NCBI GenBank assembly: GCA_963772725.1
Contig: CAVYYI010000003.1
Coordinates: forward strand, 480,001 to 544,000
Source of the DNA: an uncultured Phycisphaerales bacterium
GTDB taxonomy: Bacteria; Planctomycetota; Phycisphaerae; Sedimentisphaerales; Anaerobacaceae
DNA length: 64,000 nt
Direction of reading: 5' to 3'
The notes under the pieces were generated by a model, which saw nothing but the letters and a program-made list of their open reading frames with translations, was not told the origin of the DNA and made no database searches. A program made the position numbers and the translations under genes. Positions 11,880 through 21,800 of this stretch are shown piece after piece; the stretch's first letter is position 1; each line of letters opens with the position of its first letter.

Positions 11880-12063
11880 TTACAAAGACCATTTCGGGAA
11901 ATAAAGACTGCAATCGGATATTATTCGTATTTTAGCTGGCAAAAATTAATTTCGGCGGGGTGAAAAGAAAGATAAAAAACAAAATAGCAAAAATAAAAAA
12001 GTAAAGTGTCAGATGATGGGTCTTTACGGCGTGGTGTGGAAAAAGCGGTATTTTCCCCACGGG

Positions 12064-13407
12064 CTAAAAAGAGATTTGAGTTAAAACAGCTTGAACCTCG
12101 CTGTCAGATACATACTTAATCGAATAAATCTTTTCCAAAGAGTATTTTTCGTCAGGAAAAAGCTTAATATAATTTTCGACTCTCAAGGGCAGATGTGTTT
12201 CTTTATTTACAAAAAATCGCCACTTGCGAGGTATGAGCGAACCATCGGACGCCCTCTTATTCCATATTAAATCGTAGGCCTCGGTATCCGCTGGAATATT
12301 CAGGCTTGTGCTGGTTACGTGCTGCCAGCGGGCATCAAGTGGAACTGAGGAGATATCCTGAAAAGGCATTAATCCAAAACAGCCGCTCATCTTGTCATTA
12401 ATATTCGCAAGAGTTTCTCTTGTTATGGGCATCATTTGTACAGTGCCGGCAAGCAGGTCTTTTATTTTTTGCGTCTGGGCGTTGGTATCCCACAAAATTA
12501 GCTGGTTTTGTGTTTTAGTAATATAAACTGAAAGTGTTTTCGATACCCACAATTCCTGGGCAGGCTGTGTCTTATCCGGGGCAAAAGTCGCGATATAGAT
12601 GTTTTTTATGTTGTCGAAGGCCTTATAAACCTGTTCGAGTGTAGAAGCCGCTGCTGACGACTGGCTGATAAACAGGGCGACGGCAAAGAGCATAACCGCC
12701 GCCGCAATCAGGCCTGGTTTAAAGAGCCTTGTATGTGTAATCGCTGAAATCCTCTGCTTGAAAGTATGTGCAAAGTCAATTTTTACCGTTTGCGGCTGTT
12801 TTACGGTTTCGCCGCCAAGAACATCGACTTTTACCGGGAAGCCGGCGTAAAGATTGTTTTTTTCGCCGGATGCGGCAGGTTCAGCCACGTTAAATACCGT
12901 GATAACGCCGGACTCCAGGCGTGTCATAATTTTGCGGGCAGTTTGGCCTAATTCAGCATCATCGGCAGTTTTTCCCGCCAAGAGTTTACTTAGTAGCAAT
13001 AACCCGTCCCGATTAAGATTAAGCCCCGCGATAGTCTTTAAATCCTGCCGGCATTGCGGGCAATGGTCTATATGGACGGTTATCGGTGTGGGTATAGTAA
13101 TCGCTAAGTCGCTATCGAGCATGCAGGGCAGCAAGGGCTTCACCGTGCTGCAATCAATGGGTTTACCGATATAAGCAAAATGAAGTTCGAGCATAACATT
13201 AACGGCGGTTAGAGCATTTTTTCCGGCCCGCGAAGTGTTTTTGGCCGCCAAAAGCGAGGTTTTCAGCCCAGCGATTTTTTCCTGACAGATAGCGCAGTTC
13301 TTAATATGTCCGATAATATCATCCGGAATCCGTCTTTCGGCCTGTTTAGTTATGTAATCATAATAGTACTGTTCAGCTTTTTCACATATAGAATCAAATA
13401 TTTTCAT
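12064..13407 (-). CDS. Probable membrane-anchored anti-sigma factor
   Basis: Overlaps the end of the ECF gene. Two ZAS-like HxxxCxxC motifs (HIKNCAIC, HIDHCPQC), one TM, then an extracytoplasmic domain. Confidence 0.78.
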   Translation of the reverse strand: MKIFDSICEKAEQYYYDYITKQAERRIPDDIIGHIKNCAICQEKIAGLKTSLLAAKNTSRAGKNALTAVNVMLELHFAYIGKPIDCSTVKPLLPCMLDSDLAITIPTPITVHIDHCPQCRQDLKTIAGLNLNRDGLLLLSKLLAGKTADDAELGQTARKIMTRLESGVITVFNVAEPAASGEKNNLYAGFPVKVDVLGGETVKQPQTVKIDFAHTFKQRISAITHTRLFKPGLIAAAVMLFAVALFISQSSAAASTLEQVYKAFDNIKNIYIATFAPDKTQPAQELWVSKTLSVYITKTQNQLILWDTNAQTQKIKDLLAGTVQMMPITRETLANINDKMSGCFGLMPFQDISSVPLDARWQHVTSTSLNIPADTEAYDLIWNKRASDGSLIPRKWRFFVNKETHLPLRVENYIKLFPDEKYSLEKIYSIKYVSDSEVQAVLTQISF

Positions 13408-13957
13408 TGTTATTTCCTTTTCTATCCCCAAGAAACCGGCGGATTTTTCCCAACCCTCTTGAAATATACTTTCTGACCGAAACTTTCTTTAAATCCATTT
13501 CCGCGGCTATTTTTTCATAACTTTCGCCATCCTTGTACCTAAGTTTTAATGCCTTTACTTCCGCGGGCGGTAATAACCGTTCCGCAAGTTCAAAAACCTG
13601 TTCTATCTGGTCTTCCTTAATGGAGGCGTATTTAGGTTCATTTTTGTGGACAGAAAAATTGAAAAAATTTAAATATTTTTTTTGGTCAGTCTCATATTTG
13701 CGGTTTTTGCGTAAAAAATCGCCAATATCGTTGATTATCCTTACATAAAGATAACTTTGAATATTTTTGATATCTTTCGGCAGAGGTTCGGCAATCAGGG
13801 ATAGGAAAAATTCCTGGTATAAGTCATTTATAGAGGCATCATCCTTGATTTTACAGCCAATAACAGCCTTAATATAATGACCATGTTCAGCCATTATATT
13901 CTCGGCAATCTTTACGTTTTCAGCACAGTTATCGGCATCTGGCCCCGGCAACGGCAT
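13394..13957 (-). CDS. ECF sigma-70 factor
   Basis: Region 2 DLYQEFFL...SYLYVRIINDIGDFLRK; region 4 LPPAEVKALKLRYKDGESYEKIAAEM. GGAGG RBS before ATG 13957. Confidence 0.88.
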   Translation of the reverse strand: MPLPGPDADNCAENVKIAENIMAEHGHYIKAVIGCKIKDDASINDLYQEFFLSLIAEPLPKDIKNIQSYLYVRIINDIGDFLRKNRKYETDQKKYLNFFNFSVHKNEPKYASIKEDQIEQVFELAERLLPPAEVKALKLRYKDGESYEKIAAEMDLKKVSVRKYISRGLGKIRRFLGDRKGNNNENI

Positions 13958-14175
13958 TATTATCCTCCAAAAGCCTTCCAGAATCACAAAAGAAAATAAG
14001 AAAACGTTAATCTGGCGAATATCCTCGCCAGTTTATATTTAATTCTTCATTATACCAAAAAACGTTAATATTTGCAATTATTCTTATCAAGAAAAAAGCG
14101 ATATGCGCCCACAACTATTGAGATATTAACAAATAATTTGAAGTTTTTCGGCAAGATACTTATGATAGAGGGACA

Positions 14176-15478
14176 ATGGCAAAAGAAAAGAAAAAGGATT
14201 ATTCCCGCTCGGTTAGGGCATTTGCAGAGGCGAGTAAATATCTTCCCGGCGGGGTAGATTCGCCCGTGCGGGCGTTTGGGGGAGTGGGATTGACGCCGCT
14301 TTTTATATCCGGGGCTAAAGGCGATAAAATTTATGATATCGACGGCAATGAGTACATAGATTATGTCAGCTCGTGGGGGCCGATGATTCTGGGGCATTCG
14401 CATCCGGCAGTGGTTAAAGCGATAAAAACCGCCGCTCAAAAGGGGGCATCGTTCGGCGCTCCTACGCTGGCCGAAACGGAACTTGCGAAAAAGATAATCT
14501 CCCGTTATCTGTCAATGGATAAGGTTCGTTTTGTGAGCAGCGGAACCGAGGCAGTTATGACCACTATTCGGCTGGCACGCGGTTATACAAAAAGAGACTT
14601 GATAGTGAAGATGGCCGGCTGTTATCACGGACACAGCGACTCGCTTCTTGTTAATGCCGGCTCAGGTGTTGCGGAAAACGCCATACCGGCAAGCGCCGGT
14701 GTGCCGAGTCTTGTGGCGGGGCTGACTGTCGATGTGCCGTATAATGATACCGAAGCAGCCAAAGCGGCATTTGCAAAGCATAAAGATAAAATTGCCGCCG
14801 TAATTATTGAACCCGTGGCGGCGAATATGGGCGTGGTTTTGCCTTTAGCGGGTTATCTTAAGGGCATTAAAGATTTGTGCCGAGACAATAAATCCCTGCT
14901 GATATTCGATGAGGTGATAACTGGCTTTCGTGTGGCCGCTGGCGGGGCGCAGGAACTTTTCGGAATCAAGCCAGACATGACCTGTCTGGGGAAAATTATC
15001 GGAGGCGGTCTGCCTTTGGCGGCCTTCGGGGGCAGGAGCGATATTATGGATATGCTCGCACCGCTCGGGCCGGTATATCAGGCAGGCACCCTCAGCGGCA
15101 ATCCAGATCGCCACGGCGGCGGCAAACGCGACACTCGATGTTCTTCTCAAAGGCAATAAATATAAAAAGCTTGAGTCATTGTCTGCCAGTTTGGAACAAG
15201 GTTTAACTCAGGCGGCTAAGAAAGCAGCGGTCGCCATTACGATTAATCGCATCGGCTCAATTATGAGCTGCTTTTTTACAGATAAACCGGTGCGCAATTT
15301 TGCCGATGTCAAATCAACAGACGTAAAGCAGTTTAAAAAGTTTTTCGCCGAGATGCTCAGCCGCGGCATTTACCTTGCCCCGAGCGCTTACGAGGCCATG
15401 TTTATATCGCTCGCGCACAGCAAAAAAGATATTAATAAAACCATTCGGGCGGCGAGTGAAAGTTTCAAACAGATATGA
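14176..15478 (+). CDS. hemL: Glutamate-1-semialdehyde 2,1-aminomutase (frame change near 15105)
   Basis: [35 protein letters not shown] and [11 protein letters not shown]-terminus [13 protein letters not shown] is in the next frame. Confidence 0.95.
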
Positions 15479-15594
15479 AAAGGGAAGCTGTCCGGCGGTA
15501 AAATTTGTTGCGTATTTCGCAAAACAGCGGTAGAATATCCCTGGCTGTTAAATGGGAAAAAATGTACAAATAAAAATAAGCGAAAAGGCCTAAT

Positions 15595-16359
15595 ATGGAT
15601 GAAGATAAAACAAAACTCAGCGGTTTGATTGATACCACAGATAATCTCGAAGCGGTAAACGTATGCAAAACCTGGAAAAGTGGTTTATTTGTAATCATAA
15701 TCGTTTGCCTCGTGCTGCTGCAGTTAAATTTCTGGCTTGTTCAAACGGGCTGTATTAAAGTCGGTAATGCCGAAAAAACTTTGGAATCTGCCCAAACTTC
15801 GGTAATAATCAATCCTGTGACTGAGCCGAACTTATCGGAAATCCGGAGTTCTTTTATGACAGATGAAGTTGGAAAAGCAGCAGCGAAAATTACAGCGGAA
15901 TCTAATCAGCCCGCAAGAATGAAAATCTTGCCTATTGTTAATATAAATATAACCTTCGAGCAGGTTGCCCCCGGGATAAGGTCGCTGAATTTCGTGCTGA
16001 TGATAACAGCTGTGTTGTATAGCCTGACAATGCTGTTTATCGTGAAAATATCGCTGACCGGCAGGCTCGGCGGCATAAACCACATCGTGCGGGCATTTTT
16101 CCTTTCACTGGTTTTTGCCGTTCTTCTTATGCCCTGGCAGAAGTTTTTCCCGGGCGTTGTATTCTGGGCGATATATACGCCGGAAGAATTGCTGAAAGCT
16201 TATACCGATAACTATGGCAAGGGCATGGTTGGCAATGCTCTATATTATCTTAGGTTTTGCGGATATTCGGTTCTCGCGGTGCTTTTTCTTATAGCCGCCC
16301 AGATACGGAGTTGCCGCTGGGCAAGAACTATTTTGCGTCGCCTTGAGGTGGCAGTTTAG
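15595..16359 (+). CDS. Hypothetical 4-TM membrane protein
   Basis: 254-aa ORF with four hydrophobic segments. Confidence 0.7.
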   Translation: MDEDKTKLSGLIDTTDNLEAVNVCKTWKSGLFVIIIVCLVLLQLNFWLVQTGCIKVGNAEKTLESAQTSVIINPVTEPNLSEIRSSFMTDEVGKAAAKITAESNQPARMKILPIVNINITFEQVAPGIRSLNFVLMITAVLYSLTMLFIVKISLTGRLGGINHIVRAFFLSLVFAVLLMPWQKFFPGVVFWAIYTPEELLKAYTDNYGKGMVGNALYYLRFCGYSVLAVLFLIAAQIRSCRWARTILRRLEVAV

Positions 16360-16613
16360 AAAACATAGTGGATATTATTTTCCTGTCACGTCCACAGGCT
16401 CAATAACTGTCGCAGGCATATCCATGCTGATAAGCGGAACAGACCTTATCTTTCTGCTATTTTTCTTAAGCTTCATATTTCCTCTCTGGTTGGCCTTTTT
16501 TGCCAAATATCAGGTTTCTAAGAGTTTGTAAAAATTAATGCTGGCAAAAAATACTAAAGTTTTGTATATTATGACGGCAGTTCAAAAACGGTATTTTTTT
16601 GAGCGGGAGTCGA

Positions 16614-18320
16614 ATGCTGGAAGATAAATTGCTTGTCTGGAAACTCAGGCAGGGGGATGAACGGGCATTTTGTCGGATATACAGGAAATATAAAAGTGAT
16701 TTGCTGACGATAGCTGTACTTCTACTTCGAAAACCCGCCGCCGCGGAAGACATTCTTCACGATACTTTCATCTCTCTTGCTGAGCAGGCAATTCAGTTGA
16801 AACCTTGCGGCACGCTGAAGAATTATTTAATTCTGGATGTTATTGGTCGTGTACAGGAGCGGCTGCGCTCGGGAATGTATGAAATTGTGGGTCTCAACAG
16901 CAGCGGCCCATTAAATTCGGATGCTGTCGAATCACGGCAGGAAGAATCCGAATCCTTACAACTGCTTGCCGATGCGATGGCGAAACTTCCAGGCAATCAG
17001 CAGGAGGCGGTAATCCTGCGTCTTGCAGGAACACTAAATTTTAATGAGATAGCGAAGTTCCAGAACATATCGACGGCAGCGGCTCAAAACAGATACAGTT
17101 ACGGTCTCGACAGACTCAAGGCAATTCTCAAAATGGAATTAACGGCTGAGCCGATTCAGGCGATAAGAGATTTTGTCGCTGAATCGCGAAGGACTGTCGA
17201 TGCCGTCGCGGATGAGCATATTATGAACGACGCCCTCAATGTTCTGCGTGATTCTATCAAAGCAGAATCGCAAAATGATGCTGTTGCCGTACGAAGAAAA
17301 AAAATGTTAAAAATATTCGCCGCGATAATAATATCAGGTTTAACGATATCTCTCGGAATTATTGTTATTCAGCAAAAAAGCATTATTAAAGTATCGAATG
17401 ACCGCGGCGCAGTTACGGAGCCACTGCAAACTGAAAAAACGCATGGTGTATCTCCGCGGGAAATAGAAGACCAGTTGAATAATGTCATCAGACTGTTCGC
17501 AGCGAAAGACGTTAACGGGCTGCTTTCTATTGTTTCTTATGGCCCGCTCCAGTCCAAACTCGCGGCAGCATATTGTTTGGGCGAAATGGGAAATGTCCGT
17601 GCGATTGGCCCGCTGGGAAAATTGAACGCCGAATTTGGCCGCGGAGACCCGAATAATGTTTTCGCAAAATCCGTTAATAAAATTAAAAGCCGCATCGAGC
17701 AGCAAAAACAGGAGACGAAACTTGCAGCAGTACGGGCAAAAAAAATGGTGCCAAATCTCAAAACAATTACTTTCACCGGTCTTATGGAAGACTCAAACGG
17801 TGAACCGGCCAGCGGCTCGATAATTATAGACGGTAATTCTTTTGCAACGGACCCTAACGGAGCGTTCGAGATAACTAAGCAACTTGGCAAACCGCAAAAC
17901 GCATTTGTGTGCTGTGCCTTTGATGCAGAAAATAAAATGGGTCTGGTATTTATCCTCGACAATGACAGCAATAGTGATAACCTCCAAATCGTGCTTGAAC
18001 CGCTTGCGGCGATTGTTGGCGGTATCGTCGATGCCAATGGAGATGGCGTCCCAGACGCAAGGCCTGAGATTGGAATTGTTATGCCGAACGGTAAACTCCG
18101 AAAAACTGCCGGGCAATTGTGGAAGACCAGCGTTGACCCCAACGGCGTCTTTGCCATTGATGGCGTCCCAATCGGCCTGACTATGCAGGTTTTTGTCGCA
18201 AAGCCCGGCCTTATCGGCTGGACAGAACCCATCGAATTAAATCCCGGCCAGATAACTGATGTTGGCGATATTGTTCTTAAACCGCTGCAAATCCCGAATG
18301 ATGTCAATTCAAAACCGTAA
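16614..18320 (+). CDS. ECF sigma factor apparently fused to an anti-sigma-like TM / HEAT / beta-sandwich extension
   Basis: Sigma regions 2 and 4 (AEDILHDTFI; LPGNQQEAVILRL...FNEIA...RYSYGLDRLK). Then a TM, a HEAT-like AAAYCLGEMGNVRAIGPL segment and carboxypeptidase-regulatory-like repeats. Confidence 0.8.
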   Translation: MLEDKLLVWKLRQGDERAFCRIYRKYKSDLLTIAVLLLRKPAAAEDILHDTFISLAEQAIQLKPCGTLKNYLILDVIGRVQERLRSGMYEIVGLNSSGPLNSDAVESRQEESESLQLLADAMAKLPGNQQEAVILRLAGTLNFNEIAKFQNISTAAAQNRYSYGLDRLKAILKMELTAEPIQAIRDFVAESRRTVDAVADEHIMNDALNVLRDSIKAESQNDAVAVRRKKMLKIFAAIIISGLTISLGIIVIQQKSIIKVSNDRGAVTEPLQTEKTHGVSPREIEDQLNNVIRLFAAKDVNGLLSIVSYGPLQSKLAAAYCLGEMGNVRAIGPLGKLNAEFGRGDPNNVFAKSVNKIKSRIEQQKQETKLAAVRAKKMVPNLKTITFTGLMEDSNGEPASGSIIIDGNSFATDPNGAFEITKQLGKPQNAFVCCAFDAENKMGLVFILDNDSNSDNLQIVLEPLAAIVGGIVDANGDGVPDARPEIGIVMPNGKLRKTAGQLWKTSVDPNGVFAIDGVPIGLTMQVFVAKPGLIGWTEPIELNPGQITDVGDIVLKPLQIPNDVNSKP

Positions 18321-18396
18321 TCAGTTCCTTCATCATCACCGGTTTTTAGACCTTAAAAACAGGGGGTAAAAAAAATTTAAATATTTGTTTTTTTGC

Positions 18397-18425
18397 TTGA
18401 CTATTCGACAAATGTCGTTTATTTT
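18397..18425 (+). promoter_or_regulatory. sigma70 promoter with embedded BlaI-type operator
   Basis: TTGACT (18397-18402), 17 bp, TATTTT (18420-18425). Palindrome CGACA-AA-TGTCG (18406-18417) lies in the spacer. Confidence 0.7.
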
Positions 18426-18454
18426 CTAATTAGTTAGATATTAGGAGAAATATT

Positions 18455-18859
18455 ATGGCAAGACTAAAACAAACCGATAATTCCAGACCTGAACTCACCG
18501 AGGCCGAATGGACAATAATGAAAGTTGTCTGGGAAAACGAGCCGTGTGCAGCCGGCACGGTCCAGGAAGCCCTTGAAAAAAGCAAAGACTGGGCTTACAG
18601 TACCGTAAAAACTACTATGGACCGTATGGTCGATAAAGGCCTCCTTGAAATTTCCAGAATCCGCAACCTGCAGCTTTTCAGTTCGAGGCTCAGCCCCGCG
18701 GAGGCGAGGAAAAGCGAATTTCGCAAGATGCTCAAACGTGCCTTCGATGGCGCTCTTACTCCTATGATGCAGTTTTTGATAGAGCAGCAAGGCTTATCTA
18801 AAGATGAATTAACTCAGCTTCGTCAGCTTGTCAACAAGGCTCAGCTAAAGAAAAAATAA
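18455..18859 (+). CDS. BlaI/MecI/CopY family repressor
   Basis: LTEAEWTIMKVVW, WAYSTVKTTMDRMVDKG and FDGALTPMM motifs. Confidence 0.93.
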   Translation: MARLKQTDNSRPELTEAEWTIMKVVWENEPCAAGTVQEALEKSKDWAYSTVKTTMDRMVDKGLLEISRIRNLQLFSSRLSPAEARKSEFRKMLKRAFDGALTPMMQFLIEQQGLSKDELTQLRQLVNKAQLKKK

Positions 18860-18877
18860 TAATGGGAGGTACTAAAA

Positions 18878-21800
18878 ATGTTGGACTTAATAAATATCTT
18901 AAACATGACCGGTGACGGCTTTTGCAGATTCGCTCTGGCCATGTTTATCCAGTCAGGCATTCTGATAGCCCTGCTGTATCTGATTGACCTGCTCATACGA
19001 AAGTATGTCCGAGCGGTCTTCAGATACTGTATCTGGATGCTCGTATTTATAAAACTCATCCTGCCGCCCACCTTATGCCTCCCCACCGGAATTGGCTACT
19101 GGTGCAGCCTCGATATCTCACCCTCAAATAACCAGATACCCGTTAACGCGCCTATGCTAGTGACACCCGCAAACACCAATCCCATCGCTGCTCTACCTAG
19201 CTCTAATCTCCCAAAAATTCAACCCCCCGCAATTACCGAAAATATCACATCCCTCCCACAGATACAACCCGCTGAATTAAACACTTCACCTGACCCCGCA
19301 ATTCCCAATCCACCCATGACCTGGCAAGCCGTTGTTTTTCTTATCTGGCTTGTGGGTGTTTTAATCCTTTCGGTTCTGCTGCTCCAAAAATTCCTATTCG
19401 TAAAAAGCCTTTTAGCTCAAACCGCTCTCGCCGACGGCAGATTGGATGAAACTCTCCAGCAATGCCGCCGCCAACTCCCAACACGCCAAAACGTCAAACT
19501 CCGCCTTTCCCAAAACATGCTCAGTCCCGCCGCCTGCGGCCTGTTTAACCCAGTAATCCTCATGTCCGCCTCACTACTCGAAAACCTCTCCAAAGAAAAA
19601 TTAACCGCTATTCTAATCCACGAACTCGCCCATATCAAAAGAGGCGACCTCTGGATTAATTTCATCCAAACCATCCTGCAAATACTGTATTTCTACAATC
19701 CCTTCGTCTGGTTCGCCAACTCCATCGTAAGAACCATCCGCGAAAAAGCCGTCGACGAAATGGTCCTCACAAAACTTGGCGACCAAGCCAAAACCTACAG
19801 CTCCACCCTCATAGACATCGCCGAACTCGCCTTCTCAAAACCCCACTTCAGCCTAAGATTAGTCGGCGTAGTAGAATCAAAAAAAGCCCTCTCCGACCGC
19901 ATAAAACACATCCTAACCAGACCAATCCCCAAATCCGCAAAACTCGGCTTGGTTGGCCTTGTAATGATTATCCTTGCAGGTTGCGTTTTGCTTCCGATGG
20001 CAAAAGGAAAAGAAACCAAACCTGAATTTGTTGTCAAGGATACTGTCAAAGATTCTCAAATCAGCAAACTAACAGCCGAGGAATTGAAAAACAGTACACA
20101 ATACAAACCTTCCGAAAACCAAGACTCAAAAACAAACTCAATTTCCGCCGCGCAAACGAATGTCTCCGCCAAAGATGCAAACAAAGTACCAAAAGAAGAA
20201 AATAAATCATCTTCCTCAAATTACGCAGCCGCTTTACATAAAAATAAAATCAGGGCATTTACCCTATCTAATGATGGACTTATGGCACTTGACTGGGACT
20301 GTTCATCCTGGTTTTCAACAGGCACAAATGCTAAATTTATCGGCAAACGTCATATTCCAGACCTTGGTGTGGAATACGATATTTATTTTCCAGCCGATTG
20401 CGACCCTGAGACAAATTGGTTTTTTTATGGTTCTTCGATGTATGGTGGTTCGGGTCTGCTTGCCGGGTTGAACTTGCCTGATTATAATTCGTTTGATATT
20501 AAATTTACACTTCGGAAAATCAACGATTCTAATGATTATAAACTTGTCAAACTTCCGCTTTATGCTGGCGTATTTGTGAGCACCGCAAACCGAAAAAGTG
20601 ACGTTAAATATATTGCTCTCAAACCAAACCGCCCGGCGGTTGCCAGTTTGCGGACACAAATGGAAAAAATTAATTCTCTTGGAATTTTAATTGCGCCTCC
20701 TCGCAGGCCTGCCGGCCTTGATCCGAATTTAGGACTAAAGGTTACATTATTGCTTCAGCCCGTTCCCAAGGCTAAGATTATTGAACCAATAAAACAGACA
20801 TCGGAGATGCCTGAATCTTCCGGCAATGCGAGAGAATTGGTGGCAGGTCGTGACTACCAGAAAATTCAGGATGCCATAAACGCAGCTCAATACGGCGACA
20901 ATGTACGTATCAAGCCTGGAATCTATGAGGAATCACTTAAACTCAAAGATGGAGTTAATCTGATTGGGGAAGACACTAATACAGTAATAATTCAATGCGA
21001 TTTTCGTGAAGCACCTGTTTTGACTATTGAAAATTGCAAAAGTGCCCGCATAAGTAAAATGACATTGAAACATTATAGCTCCATCCCGCTTAAAGATGAT
21101 TTCGCAGGCAGATGGGCAGTTATAAGGCTTGCAAGCAGCAATGCTTTTTTAGAACATCTGCTTGTTTGTGATAGCTCATCGGAAGGCATTAGAATTGAAA
21201 ATAATGAAAAAGTTGTGGTTAATAAATGCACCGTACGGAACAGCCGGACTTTGGGAATTTTGGTTTGTGCATCCGGCCGAACCGAATTAGATAACAATAT
21301 CTGCGAGAATAATAAATCGAACGGTATTTATTTCAAAGGTTGGTCAAGCGGTATTGTAAGTGGAAATCTATGTAGAAATAATGCTAAAAATGGTATCAGC
21401 ATTGATGATAATGCGGCTGTCAATCTGGCTGCAAACACGTGCAGTGAGAATAAGTGGAGCGGCATCTGGCTTGGCGCCAAGGGTCCGCTTAATGTAAGAA
21501 GTAATATCTGCAATAACAATGAGAAAACGGGAATTGAAATCAATGGTAAAATTGAGGCTTTTGTTATCGGCAATAATTGTAATCGCAATAGCAATAATGG
21601 AATATATTTTCTTGGTGGTGCGGGAGGCTCTGCCAGAGAAAATATCTGTAATGCCAATAAAATACACGGCATAAGTATCGACGACCTTTCTACGCCGAAT
21701 GTCAAAGACAACAATTGCAGCGACAATAGACGGTGCGGTGTTTATATCAGTACCAGTGGCAAAATACAAATCGGATTAAATAAAATACATAATAACGGTG

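Noticed and set aside
11520..12063. DnaA-box-like TTATCCAAA sites in an AT-rich gap
   Set aside because: Both sites are parts of the MITE terminal inverted repeats.
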